A stretch of 64,000 nt of DNA from Candidatus Hebobacterum abditum (lineage in GTDB: Bacteria; Armatimonadota; Hebobacteria; Hebobacterales; Hebobacteraceae). The notes under the pieces were generated by a model. That model did no database searches and had not been told where the DNA came from. It saw only the letters and a list, made by a program, of their open reading frames with translations. The stretch's first letter is position 1. The number at the start of each line of letters is the position of its first letter. The stretch lies in the NCBI GenBank assembly GCA_029821875.1, contig JALGXW010000008.1, forward strand, positions 108,713 through 172,712, read 5' to 3'. Of this stretch, positions 27,493-36,728 are shown one piece after another. The position numbers were made by a program, and so were the translations under genes.

Positions 27493-28881
27493 CTAGACAG
27501 ACGGTTTGATGTTCTGGTTGAGGTGGAAGAAGTTGGTCGGGTCGTACTTGCTCTTCACCTCGACCAGCCGTGCGTGGCTTCTCCCAAAGGCCGCCGGCAC
27601 GCGGGCGGTTTCGTCCTGCGTCATGAAGTTCACGTAGACGCCGCCGGTGCCGTGGGGCGTCATGACGTTGAAGAACTCGCGAGCCCAAGCGATGCAGCGC
27701 TCGTCGTCGTTGGGGCTCTCCCATCGGCCGTGGAAGTTCATGACGAACCTCGCGTCTCGATGGCTGTAGGCGGTGGCCTCTGGCGAGACGCGGCTGGCCT
27801 GCCCATCGATCATGCCGAGGAAGATCTCACTCTGCGGGGAGGGGAGCCTGCCCGTGTACTCGACGATCGTCTCAATCGCGCCATCGCTCAGGGCGGCGAG
27901 GTTGTGCGATTTCCAGTAGTTCCGGGCGCCGGGGGTCAACAGGGGGTCGAAGGCCTGCTGCCAGGCCGTATAGGGTTGGGGGCCGAGGTGCTCGCCATGA
28001 GGCGTTCCGAACTCGCGCAGGGGCGCGATCGCCCGCCGGCCCTCCTCGATGTCCCCGGCCCAGAATACGGCCAGGGCGGCCACCTCCTTGCCATGGACGT
28101 CTTCGGGCAGAAACGGCAGCGGAGGCGCCTGGCGCAGCACGGCCCACACGTTCATGTCCTCGGGCATGTCGTCCGCGAACTCCCGGTACTTGGTCAGCAC
28201 CTCCTTCGCCTGGTCGAACGGATACACGATCAGCCCGGCCAGCACTTCCGACCCGAGCGGGTGGAGCTGGAACTCAAACCGGGTCACCACACCGAAGTTC
28301 CCGCCGCCGCCGCGCAGCGCCCAGAAGAGGTCCGGGTGCTCGTCCTCGCTGGCGCGGACCCAGTGGCCGTCGGCGGTGATCATCTCGGCGGACAGGAGGT
28401 TGTCTACGGTCATCCCGTACTTGCGGGTGAGCCAGCCGAAGCCGCCGCCCAAGGTGAGGCCGGCGACCCCCGTCGTCGAGTTGATTCCTGCCACCGCGGC
28501 CAGGCCGAAGGCCTGTGTCTCCCGGTCCAGGTCGCCAAGCCTCGCGCCGGGTTCGACGTAGGCCCGGCGCGTCTGCGGATTCACGCGCACGGACTTCATC
28601 GGCGAGAGGTTGATCATCAGACCGTCGTCGCAGACCGCGTTCCCCGCGATGTTGTGCCCGCCGCCGTGGATGGCCACCTCCAGGCCTTCATCACGGGCCA
28701 GCGCGAGCGCGCCCATCACGTCCGCCACGCCCGCGCAGCGTGCGATGACGGCCGGTCTGCGGTCTATCATGGCGTTCCAGATGGTGCGGGCCTCGTCGTA
28801 TCCGGAGTCGCCGGGCAGGAGCACGTCTCCCCTCACCTTCGATCTCAGTTCCTCGATTACGTCTGTCTGTGCGATAGCCAT
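27493..28881 (-). CDS. FAD-linked oxidase (FAD_binding_4 / berberine-bridge-enzyme-like C-terminus)
   Basis: MAIAQTDVIEELRSKVRGDVLLPGDSGYDEAR..., RGGGHN, GGGFGW and the C-terminal BBE-like region (NFFHLNQNIKP). Start at 28881 with RBS GGAAGGGGAGGA; the upstream 61-aa extension of the ORF was rejected. Confidence 0.8.
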   Translation of the reverse strand: MAIAQTDVIEELRSKVRGDVLLPGDSGYDEARTIWNAMIDRRPAVIARCAGVADVMGALALARDEGLEVAIHGGGHNIAGNAVCDDGLMINLSPMKSVRVNPQTRRAYVEPGARLGDLDRETQAFGLAAVAGINSTTGVAGLTLGGGFGWLTRKYGMTVDNLLSAEMITADGHWVRASEDEHPDLFWALRGGGGNFGVVTRFEFQLHPLGSEVLAGLIVYPFDQAKEVLTKYREFADDMPEDMNVWAVLRQAPPLPFLPEDVHGKEVAALAVFWAGDIEEGRRAIAPLREFGTPHGEHLGPQPYTAWQQAFDPLLTPGARNYWKSHNLAALSDGAIETIVEYTGRLPSPQSEIFLGMIDGQASRVSPEATAYSHRDARFVMNFHGRWESPNDDERCIAWAREFFNVMTPHGTGGVYVNFMTQDETARVPAAFGRSHARLVEVKSKYDPTNFFHLNQNIKPSV

Positions 28882-29095
28882 CGTCCTCCCCTTCCTCGTT
28901 ATCCCCACCAGTCGCTTTGACGAGCGGAGCGCGAGCAACTCGCGCCCCACCCTACCGCGGCCAAAGGCCAAGCCTTGTCCACCTCTCCCAGCTTGTGTGC
29001 ACTCCACGACACACTTGCTCCGGACCCGATGGGGAGGCCCGCTTCGCAGCGGGCCCGGCCACAAGCCGCCGAGGCAACTAGCAGCATCCAGAACG

Positions 29096-29140
29096 AAGAC
29101 ACTCCTCCTGGATTTCTACGCGTTCCTAGCGTGCTTGTAG
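29096..29140 (+). repeat. About 45-bp direct repeat, right copy, bracketing the FAD-oxidase gene
   Basis: See 27426-27470. Together the two copies flank a 1.67-kb segment containing only the oxidase gene. Confidence 0.55.
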
Positions 29141-29299
29141 GGGGCAGATGGCCGACTGTATGTGGTTCCATACAGATGTGGCGTCGATTGCGAGAACGGC
29201 CAGAGCGCGTTCGGAGTCTAATATTGTGAGCCAAGCGCGGAGTGGCGATCCGCAGGCCAGGCCCCGAAACATCGATGTAGACGTGTGTCCGCGCGCCTG

Positions 29300-29328
29300 T
29301 GGGAAGGTGAGGCCAACCGTGATATAAT
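29300..29328 (+). promoter_or_regulatory. Candidate pspA promoter with a perfect -10 TATAAT (29323-29328) and a weak -35 TGGGAA
   Basis: TATAAT is rare in this ~68% GC DNA. It lies 80 nt upstream of the pspA-like start. A CTGTATG-N6-CATACAG inverted repeat (29157-29176) lies further upstream. Confidence 0.3.
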
Positions 29329-29407
29329 CTGGTGCCGAACGAAGGGGACTCTGGGCCGGGGGGAGAGGGGAGCATCGCTCGAACTCCGGGGAATCTGCAG
29401 AAGGAGG

Positions 29408-30211
29408 ATGCTGAGCATGGCTGGCTTCTGGAACTGGTGGTTGGATCGTCTCGGATTGGGCGCCACGCAAGAGGAGCAGCTCGACCGCGCCGCCGAGAAG
29501 ATGGCGAGGGATGTCGAGCTGAAGAAGGAGCTGGCGGCGAAGACCGTCGCGCTGGCCCGCGCGAAGCACCGGGAGCTGGCGGAGGCGGTCGCCAGGCACG
29601 ATGCTCTGGAGCAGGCCGCCGTCAGGCTTCAGCAGGCGAACCGTCCGGATGCCGTGCAGCAGATAGCGGTCGAGCTGGCCGAGAGCCAGGCGAGCGTCGA
29701 GACTCTCACTCAGGAGCTGCAGGATCTCAACGCGGCCGCCAACGATGGTGTCGAGGGCTTCCGCCAGGAGAGAGACGATTCCGCGCAGCTGCTTCGCCAG
29801 CACGGCCGGCTGAAGGCCGTGGCCGACATGAACCGGCAGCTGGAGGCGCTTCGGGCGGAGATGAAAGCGCTGGCCGGGGCCTCCACCGCTCGCGGGGCCT
29901 ACAAGGCGATCGCCAGTGAGATCGAGGTGAAGGCACAGGAGCACCGCGCCATCGCGCAGCTCGAATCCGGCGACACGGCGAGGAAGGCCCAGGTCACACA
30001 GGCTCTCACCGAGGTGAGGGTGCAGGAGATCATCCAGGCGATCGAGGCGAAGGCGCGGGAGGCCCTCCCCGGGGCAACCATCAGCGTGAGCTTGCTGAAC
30101 CAGGCCCGCGCGGCGCTCGACTTCGATCCCGTGAAGGGCGCCCTCCCGGCGCCGGCCGCCGAGGAGGAGGGCGAAGCTCAACAGGAGGTCAGTGACGAGG
30201 AGGAGGCATGA
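29408..30211 (+). CDS. pspA: PspA/IM30/Vipp1 family membrane-stress protein
   Basis: MLSMAGFWNWWLDRLGLGATQEEQLDRAAEKMARDVELKKELAAKTVALARAKHRELAEAV... is a long coiled coil with the PspA/IM30 N-terminal amphipathic helix. RBS GAAGGAGG. The stop overlaps the next start (ATGA). Confidence 0.75.
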   Translation: MLSMAGFWNWWLDRLGLGATQEEQLDRAAEKMARDVELKKELAAKTVALARAKHRELAEAVARHDALEQAAVRLQQANRPDAVQQIAVELAESQASVETLTQELQDLNAAANDGVEGFRQERDDSAQLLRQHGRLKAVADMNRQLEALRAEMKALAGASTARGAYKAIASEIEVKAQEHRAIAQLESGDTARKAQVTQALTEVRVQEIIQAIEAKAREALPGATISVSLLNQARAALDFDPVKGALPAPAAEEEGEAQQEVSDEEEA

Positions 30212-30975
30212 ACGCAGCCGCGCTGTTCGAGTGGCACAATCTCTTCTTCGTGATCTCGATCCTGACGTCTTTTGTGATTCTTCTCCTGTCTCTCCTGTCT
30301 GCGCTGACAGGATTGGGACACGAGATGGGGGGCGACGTTGACGCCGATGTGGACGCTGACGTCGATGTTGACGCAGACTTCGACGTGGACGTCGACGCGG
30401 ACGTGGACGTCGATGCTGATGTCGATGTTGACGCCGATATCGGCATCGGCGATGCGGATGCCGAAGCCGAACATATGATTCCCCACGACGTGGGCCAGGA
30501 AGTCCACCCCAGCGGGGGCTTCTTGAGGGCGCTCACGCTGTTCGGCATCGGGCGAGTGCCGATATCCGTGCTGCTCTGCTCGTTCCTGGTTCTCTTCGGC
30601 GGCATCGGCCTGATCTCCAACCAGGTCTTTACGAGCATGCGATTGCCGCCGGTGGCTTACTTCTGGCCATCGCTGGGGATCGCCGGAGTCTTGGGACTGA
30701 TCGTCACCGGCCGCCTGGCAGCCTTCATGGCGAAGCACATGCCGTCGGTTGAGACGGTCAAGATCACCAGACGGGATCTGGTGGGGAGGATCGGGACCTC
30801 CGTCTACGGTGTGGACGAGAAGTCCGGGCAGGTCCAGGTTCGCGACCGCCACGGCAATCTCCACCGGGTCGCCGCCAGAACGGCCGGCGGCCGGGTCGAA
30901 TCGGGGAAGGACGTGCTGCTGGAGGAGTATGTCGCGCAGGGAGACTACTTCGTTGTATCCGAGTCAGGGCTTTAG
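30208..30975 (+). CDS. NfeD/YuaF-like membrane protein with an acidic (DVDA)n linker and a C-terminal OB-fold
   Basis: N-terminal TM segment, then DVDADVDADVDVDADFDVDVDADVDVDADVDVDADIGIGDADAEAE, then 3 TM helices and a C-terminal beta-barrel-like segment (GRIGTSVYGVDEKSGQVQVRDRHGNLHRVAAR). It sits immediately upstream of a flotillin gene, as in yuaF-floT operons. Confidence 0.6.
   Translation: MNAAALFEWHNLFFVISILTSFVILLLSLLSALTGLGHEMGGDVDADVDADVDVDADFDVDVDADVDVDADVDVDADIGIGDADAEAEHMIPHDVGQEVHPSGGFLRALTLFGIGRVPISVLLCSFLVLFGGIGLISNQVFTSMRLPPVAYFWPSLGIAGVLGLIVTGRLAAFMAKHMPSVETVKITRRDLVGRIGTSVYGVDEKSGQVQVRDRHGNLHRVAARTAGGRVESGKDVLLEEYVAQGDYFVVSESGL
30334..30471 (+). repeat. In-frame hexanucleotide tandem repeat (GAYGYN)n, about 23 units, encoding the (DV/DA)n tract
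   Basis: Seen directly: gacgtt gacgcc gatgtg gacgct gacgtc gatgtt ... The 6-nt periodicity makes it a potential slipped-strand length-variable tract. Confidence 0.7.
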
Positions 30976-31009
30976 CCCGGACTCGAATCCTAGATAGAAG
31001 GAGGAGTCG

Positions 31010-32992
31010 ATGGGAGCAGGGATCTTCCTGATGTTCTTGGGTCTGGCTTTGCTGTTCGCGCCGTGGTTCGTGGAAAGCGAGATGCCTTTGCTGGCACGCG
31101 GCATCTTCTCCGCTCTTGGCATAGCAGGCTTCCTGATCGGCGGGCTGCTGATCATCATCACCAAGCTCTATGTCAAGGCCTCCGCGGAGATGTCGTTCGT
31201 CCGCACCGGCATGGGCGGGCCAAAGGTCATCTTGGACGGCGGATGCCTGGTGATCCCGGTCGTCCACACCGTCGTCAGCATCATGCTCAACACCTTCAAA
31301 CTAGAGATCGAACGCAGGGAAGCAGAAGCACTCATCACCGGGGACAAACTCCGGGCAGACATCAAAGCAGAGTTCTACATCCGGGTGGCGGCCGAAAGCG
31401 ACGATATCCTGCAGGCGGCCCGGTCTCTCGGGGGCAAGTCTCTCCAGGGCGCCGACGCCGTGACGGGACTGGTGGGCGACAAGCTCGTGTCCGCGCTGCG
31501 GTCGGTCGCCGCCAAGTCGCCGCTGGAGAACCTGAACATCGAGCGAGAGAAGTTCGCCAACGACGTCGCCGAGGCGGTGAGGGCCGACATCAAGCAGAAC
31601 GGGTTGACCCTCGAAACCGTCACCATCTCCAGCCTCGACCAGACGCCGATTCAGTTCTTCAAGGCCGATAACGTGTTCGACGCGGAAGGGCGACAGAGAA
31701 TCGCCCAGATCACCAGCGAGAACGCGGTGCGGGAGAACGAGTTCCGACGGACTGCCGAGCAGGAGATCGCCGAGAAGGACGCTCAGACGCGGGAGGAAGT
31801 CGCCCAGCGTGAGTACCGCGAGAAGCAGGCCGACGCCAAGCGAGATGCCGATGTCGCCAAGGCGGAGGCCGAGCAGGCGCGAGCGGCCGAGGTCTTCACG
31901 GCCGAGCAGCAGTGGCAGACTCGCCAAGCCCAGCTCGCGGCTGAGCAGCAGATCGGCGAGCGCGACGCCCAGAAGGACCGGGAGGTCCGACTCGCTGAGA
32001 TCAATGCCAATCAGGCGGCTCAGACCGCGGATGTCGAACGGGAGAGAGAGGTCGAGGTCGCCAAGCGCCAGCAGATGGTCGCCATCGCCAAGGCCGAGCA
32101 GGAGCAGGCCATGACTCGGGCCGAGCAGCTGCGGGCCGAGCAGGAGCGAGAGAAGGAGAAGCAGGGCGTCATCACCGTAGAGGAGGTCGCCGAGGCCGGC
32201 CGCGACAAGCAGGTCCAGGTGATCGTGGCCGAGCAGAAGGCCGAGGTCGAGCGGGTCCAGGACTTCATGGCCGCCGACATCGAGGCCTACCAGAAGGCCA
32301 AGATCGCCGAGGGCGAGCGCGACGCGGCCGCCAAGACGGCGGAGGCGATCCGGCTCGAAGCCGAGGCGCGGAAAGACGCCAGCGTTCTCCAGGCCGAGGG
32401 CGAGCAGGCCGTCAAGATGGTGCCCGTCAACGTCGACAACGAGCAGGTCACCGTCGAGGCGCGCCGACAGAAGGAGGCCGAGCAGGAGCGAGTCAGCGTG
32501 CTGCTGCAGGAGCTCAAAGCGAAGGCCACCTACGAGCAGGTGGCGGTCGAACTGGAGCAGGCGCTCAAGCTCATCGATGCGGCCAGAGACGTCGGGGTGG
32601 CCGGCGCCGAGGCCTTCGGCCAGGCGCTTGGCGATGCCAACGTCACCCTCTTCGGCGATCCGGACACGATGGAGCAGTTCTCCCGCCGCTACTTCGGCGG
32701 CGTGGGCGTGAACGCTTTCGCTCAGGGATTGCTCGCAGGCGGAGATGGACCGGTCACGACCGGACTCCAGACCGTGATGTCCAGGCTCGCGGGGAGGCTC
32801 AACCAGCCCGCCGCGGGCCGGCTCGAGGGACTGGTCGGCGAACTCGAGGGACTGGCAAAGGACAATCCAAACCTGGCGCCAATTGCAGCCCGGTTCTCCT
32901 CCCTCGTAAGCGGCCCCGAGGAGGCCGCTCCGGAGGAGCCAGAGAGCAAGGGCGAGGCCGGCGGAGGCAGCACACCCAAACGCCGCCGCTGA
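31010..32992 (+). CDS. Flotillin-like SPFH/band-7 protein (FloT/YuaG-like) with a long EA-rich coiled coil
   Basis: N-terminal TM/hairpin region, SPFH core (VRTGMGGPKVILDGGCLVIPVVHTV..., TLETVTISSLD), then about 300 aa of E/A/Q/R-rich coiled coil. 660 aa. RBS GAAGGAGGAG. Confidence 0.8.
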   Translation: MGAGIFLMFLGLALLFAPWFVESEMPLLARGIFSALGIAGFLIGGLLIIITKLYVKASAEMSFVRTGMGGPKVILDGGCLVIPVVHTVVSIMLNTFKLEIERREAEALITGDKLRADIKAEFYIRVAAESDDILQAARSLGGKSLQGADAVTGLVGDKLVSALRSVAAKSPLENLNIEREKFANDVAEAVRADIKQNGLTLETVTISSLDQTPIQFFKADNVFDAEGRQRIAQITSENAVRENEFRRTAEQEIAEKDAQTREEVAQREYREKQADAKRDADVAKAEAEQARAAEVFTAEQQWQTRQAQLAAEQQIGERDAQKDREVRLAEINANQAAQTADVEREREVEVAKRQQMVAIAKAEQEQAMTRAEQLRAEQEREKEKQGVITVEEVAEAGRDKQVQVIVAEQKAEVERVQDFMAADIEAYQKAKIAEGERDAAAKTAEAIRLEAEARKDASVLQAEGEQAVKMVPVNVDNEQVTVEARRQKEAEQERVSVLLQELKAKATYEQVAVELEQALKLIDAARDVGVAGAEAFGQALGDANVTLFGDPDTMEQFSRRYFGGVGVNAFAQGLLAGGDGPVTTGLQTVMSRLAGRLNQPAAGRLEGLVGELEGLAKDNPNLAPIAARFSSLVSGPEEAAPEEPESKGEAGGGSTPKRRR

Positions 32993-33058
32993 CCCGAACC
33001 GCGGATAGTACGAGAGGCCGCCCGGCACAACCCTGTCGGGCGGCCCCGTTGGGGGGAT

Positions 33059-34387
33059 ATGCTCATGACGATCCGCTTCCTGACGTGGATGAAAGCATCC
33101 CGAATGTGGCCGCGGCTGGCCTGCGCGCTGGCCCTGTCGGTGGTGATCGGCGGCGCGGGCTGTGGCACGTCGCAACCACCGCCGCCGGCCCCTTCAGCCG
33201 AAGTGGCCGCGCTCATTGAGCAGTTGAGGCAGGGCGACACCGAGGAGCGGACGTCCGCGGCACACGAACTGGCAGAGCTCGGCCCGGCGGCCGAGCCGGC
33301 CGTGCCGGAACTCAGGAAGGCTCTGGACGATCCAGATTCTGAGGTGGGACAGTCGGCGGCAGAGGCCCTGGCGCGATTGGGCCCGGCGGCCGCCCCAGCG
33401 GTGCCCGAGCTCATCGACTTGTTAGGTGACGAGGACGCGAGCCGCCGCGCCTGGGGATGCCAGGCTCTGGGCAAGATCGGGCCAGCAGCGGAGCCGGCCC
33501 TACCCAGGCTGGTGCGCGTGACCCGGGATCCGAACTGGCGCGTTCGGGCCTTTGCGATCAGGGCACTAGTGAACATTGACCCCATGCATGGGCAGGCGGT
33601 AGACGCGTTCACGCGGTCGCTCAGGGATGACGACCACGAAGTTCGCTTGGCCGCCGCGTATGCTCTCTTCGAGGCCGGCCCTGCTGCGGACCCCGCCATA
33701 CCCGCCCTCATCATCGCGCTCGGCGACGAGTATCCTGATGTCCAAGCCTGGGCGGCCGCGGCCTTGGTGGAGACCGGGGTGCCGGAGTCGGCGATGTCGG
33801 CGCTAATCGCAGCCTTGGGAAGTGAGGACCACCACGCGCGGGAAGGGGCAGCCCACGCGCTCTCTCGAATCGGTGCCGAGGCGGAATCGGCGGTGCCCGC
33901 GCTCATCCACGCATTGCAGGACGAGCACCACCGCGTTCGGTACGGCGCGGCGATTGCCCTGGCGTGGATCGGTCCCGTGGCCGCGCCGGCTGTGCCGGCA
34001 CTCATCAGGGCGTTGGGCGACGAACGCGACCGAGTTCGTCAGGCGGCCGTGAGCGCGCTCGGCGCTATCGGCCCCGCGGCCGAGCCGGCTGTGCCGGCTC
34101 TCATCGGCATACTGCAAGGGAACGACAGGCATATGCACAGATGGACCGCTTGGGCGCTGGGCGATATCGGCCCGCCGGCGAAGGCGGCCGTGCCTGCTCT
34201 GGTCTCCGCCCTTGACTCGGACGACATTCACCTGCGACGGCAGGCGGTGCGCGCGCTGGGTCACATCGGCCCCTCGGCCTCGGCGGCCGTTCCCGTGCTG
34301 GAGCGACTCCTCGAGGAAGACGACGACATCATCCGCACTCACCTTGCCCCGGCCGCGCTGGAGGGTATTCGCGGATCACAGCCCTAG
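33059..34387 (+). CDS. HEAT-repeat (PBS-lyase-like) lipoprotein
   Basis: Signal peptide with the lipobox-like VIGGAGC, then about 12 tandem ~31-aa repeats (AVPALIxALxDxDxxVRxxAAxALGxIGP...). The start may be at 33089 (MKASRMWPRL...). Confidence 0.7.
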   Translation: MLMTIRFLTWMKASRMWPRLACALALSVVIGGAGCGTSQPPPPAPSAEVAALIEQLRQGDTEERTSAAHELAELGPAAEPAVPELRKALDDPDSEVGQSAAEALARLGPAAAPAVPELIDLLGDEDASRRAWGCQALGKIGPAAEPALPRLVRVTRDPNWRVRAFAIRALVNIDPMHGQAVDAFTRSLRDDDHEVRLAAAYALFEAGPAADPAIPALIIALGDEYPDVQAWAAAALVETGVPESAMSALIAALGSEDHHAREGAAHALSRIGAEAESAVPALIHALQDEHHRVRYGAAIALAWIGPVAAPAVPALIRALGDERDRVRQAAVSALGAIGPAAEPAVPALIGILQGNDRHMHRWTAWALGDIGPPAKAAVPALVSALDSDDIHLRRQAVRALGHIGPSASAAVPVLERLLEEDDDIIRTHLAPAALEGIRGSQP

Positions 34388-34548
34388 CGGAAGGGCCGGA
34401 GGCACGCTCCCTCTCCACACTCCTACGCTGAGGAGTCGCCTGGAGGTGTGCAGCTTTTGACTGGCGGTCCCTCAAGAGGCATACAGAGGTGAACGCTCCC
34501 TGCGCTTCCGGGGCGCAGGCCCTGAGGCGCTGAAGGAGAGGGACCGAG

Positions 34549-36180
34549 ATGCGAACCATAGCCACCATCTGCCTCGTCTGCCTCCTGCTGATCGGGGGCG
34601 CCTCCCAGGCCTGGGCGATACTCACGCCATACCTCATCCACGAGTTCACCCTCGATTCGGACCCCGGCTGGACGTATGCGGCCGATTGGGCCTTCGGCCA
34701 GCCGACCGGCGCGGGGAGCCACTGTGGCGACCCCAGCTCCGCCTACACCGGCACCAACGTCTACGGCAACAACCTCGAAGGGGACTACGACCGGTGGCAG
34801 ATGGCGCGGTCCCTCACCACTACGGCCATCGACTGCTCGGGACTCTCCGAGGTTGAGCTCCGCTTCTGGCGGTGGCTCGGCGTGTCGCGCTACGACCGCG
34901 TCCACATTCGAGTGTCGAACGACTTCGTCAACTGGTATGATGTCTGGACCAACCCCACCGACAGCGACATCTGCGATACCGACTGGGTGCAGTCCTCCTA
35001 CCTGATCACGGCGGCCGCGGCCGATGAGCCGATCGTCTACATCATGTGGGTGATGGGGCCGACCGAGGACAACTACTACCCCGGGTGGAATATCGACGAC
35101 ATCCAGATCTACGGCAGCTTCGCGGCGCCGTTTACTAAGTTTTACGACTTCTCCTTCGACACCGACCCCGGCTGGAGCGTGGAGGGGGACTGGCAGTTCG
35201 GCGAGCCGCTGGGCGGCAGCGGCATGTGCAACGACCCCGAGGGCGGCAACACCGGCCCCAATGTGTACGGCTCCAACCTCGCGGGCCCCTACACCTATTG
35301 GGAGAACCCGCGGAACCTGACCTCCACCGCCATCGACTGCTCCGAGGTGGCGAAGACGAAGCTCCGCTTCTGGCGCTGGCTTGGAGTCTCCGAATATGCG
35401 GGCGCGGCAATCAAGGTGTCCAACGACGGCGAGACTTGGAAGACGATATGGGGGAACTCCGCCAGCGCCGTCTGTGACACGTACTGGCGGGAGGTGGAGT
35501 ACGACATCTCCAGCGTGGCAGACGGAGAGAGCACCGTCTATCTGCGCTGGGTGATGGGCCCCACTCAGGACAACCCCTACGCCGGCTGGAACGTCGATGA
35601 CGTCCAGATCTGGGGGATACCGTTCTTCGGCGACGTGCCCGCAGACCACTGGGCCTTCGGTGAGATCATGACCTGTGTCGCGGCGGGGGTGGTCGCCGGT
35701 TATGCGGACAACACCTACCAGCCGTCCTCGGCGGTGACCCGCGATCAGATGGCGGTCTACATCGCCCGCGCCGCGGGCTGGGTGAGCGTGGGCGACGACA
35801 TGACCACCGCGCCGGAGCTCTTCCCCGACGTGCCGGCCGGCTTCTGGGCGGGCACGGCCATCCAGGCCTGCGTCGGCAACACCGTCGTGGCCGGCTACGA
35901 GGACGGCAATTACCGTCCGTACGGGGTCGTCACGCGCGATCAGATGGCGGTCTACATCGCCCGCGCCGCGGGCTGGGTGGCCATCGACGATGACATGACC
36001 ACCGCGCCGGAACTCTTCCCCGACGTGCCGGCCGGCTTCTGGGCGGGCACGGCCGTCGAGGCGTGTGTGGACAACGGCGTCGTCCAGGGCTATGGGGACG
36101 GCCTCTACCGGCCCTCCCATTACGTGACGCGAGACCAGATGGCGGTCTACATCGCCCGCGCCTACGGCCTGCTGCCCTAG
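34549..36180 (+). CDS. Secreted S-layer-homology (SLH) domain protein with two tandem ~165-aa N-terminal repeat domains
   Basis: Signal peptide MRTIATICLVCLLLIGGASQAWA. Two homologous domains each end in GWN(I/V)DD(I/V)QIWG. Three C-terminal SLH domains (FPDVPAGFWAGTA...VTRDQMAVYIARA). Confidence 0.75.
   Translation: MRTIATICLVCLLLIGGASQAWAILTPYLIHEFTLDSDPGWTYAADWAFGQPTGAGSHCGDPSSAYTGTNVYGNNLEGDYDRWQMARSLTTTAIDCSGLSEVELRFWRWLGVSRYDRVHIRVSNDFVNWYDVWTNPTDSDICDTDWVQSSYLITAAAADEPIVYIMWVMGPTEDNYYPGWNIDDIQIYGSFAAPFTKFYDFSFDTDPGWSVEGDWQFGEPLGGSGMCNDPEGGNTGPNVYGSNLAGPYTYWENPRNLTSTAIDCSEVAKTKLRFWRWLGVSEYAGAAIKVSNDGETWKTIWGNSASAVCDTYWREVEYDISSVADGESTVYLRWVMGPTQDNPYAGWNVDDVQIWGIPFFGDVPADHWAFGEIMTCVAAGVVAGYADNTYQPSSAVTRDQMAVYIARAAGWVSVGDDMTTAPELFPDVPAGFWAGTAIQACVGNTVVAGYEDGNYRPYGVVTRDQMAVYIARAAGWVAIDDDMTTAPELFPDVPAGFWAGTAVEACVDNGVVQGYGDGLYRPSHYVTRDQMAVYIARAYGLLP
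35628..36177 (+). repeat. About 195-bp tandem repeat x3 encoding the SLH domains; copies 2 and 3 are nearly identical at DNA level
   Basis: Seen directly: TTCCCCGACGTGCCGGCCGGCTTCTGGGCGGGCACGGCC at 35821 and 36016; GATCAGATGGCGGTCTACATCGCCCGCGCC at ~35746, ~35941 and ~36136. Confidence 0.7.
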
Positions 36181-36292
36181 CGCATCCCGCGGCGATCGCC
36201 CTCTGACACCGGTGTCGGGCGGGGACGTGTCTCCTGCCCTGTGTCGACCGGCCTCGGCACGGCCGCGCCGTTCCCCCCTGCCGACAGCCGTC

Positions 36293-36580
36293 TCACTTCA
36301 CGGGCGGACTGTCTGCGTATGTCACGACGCCCTTGCCCGCGGGGCTCGCCAGGTTGGGACTTCCGAGCTCGCTCGCCTCGCGCTCCCGCTTTCTCGCGAG
36401 CAATCCGTCGAGATAGTTGAGAAGCTTCTCGACGCCGCGCCAGAACAGACCGCCAGACAGCCGCCTCACGCGGACCAACTGCCGCTTGATGAAGGGGATA
36501 CGGCCGAGCCGTCGGAGCACCGCAACGACGAGCGGGCCGACGACGATCCCCACGAGGAATCCCCCGAGGAACGTATTCAT
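36293..36580 (-). CDS. Small hypothetical membrane protein (95 aa)
   Basis: N-terminal TM helix MNTFLGGFLVGIVVGPLVVAVL. RBS GGGGGAGGG upstream of the ATG. No family recognised. Confidence 0.45.
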   Translation of the reverse strand: MNTFLGGFLVGIVVGPLVVAVLRRLGRIPFIKRQLVRVRRLSGGLFWRGVEKLLNYLDGLLARKREREASELGSPNLASPAGKGVVTYADSPPVK

Positions 36581-36728
36581 GGCGAACTACCCTCCCCCGT
36601 CAGTAGGAGTCAATGAGCACCGCCTAGTCTCTTCCACATTTGGGGGCTCGAAGCGCGCTGTGTGTTCCGCACATCGCCAGCGCGCCAGAGGCGGCTTACG
36701 GGCGGCAGGGCCCATCGCCGGGCCTCGC

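Noticed and set aside
30334-30471. Non-coding tandem repeat or CRISPR-like array
   Set aside because: The 6-nt periodicity is in frame within a well-supported CDS (NfeD-like) and encodes an acidic linker.
31301-33175. 624-aa minus-strand ORF antisense to the flotillin gene
   Set aside because: The L/G/D-rich translation mirrors the EA-rich coiled coil on the sense strand; no RBS.
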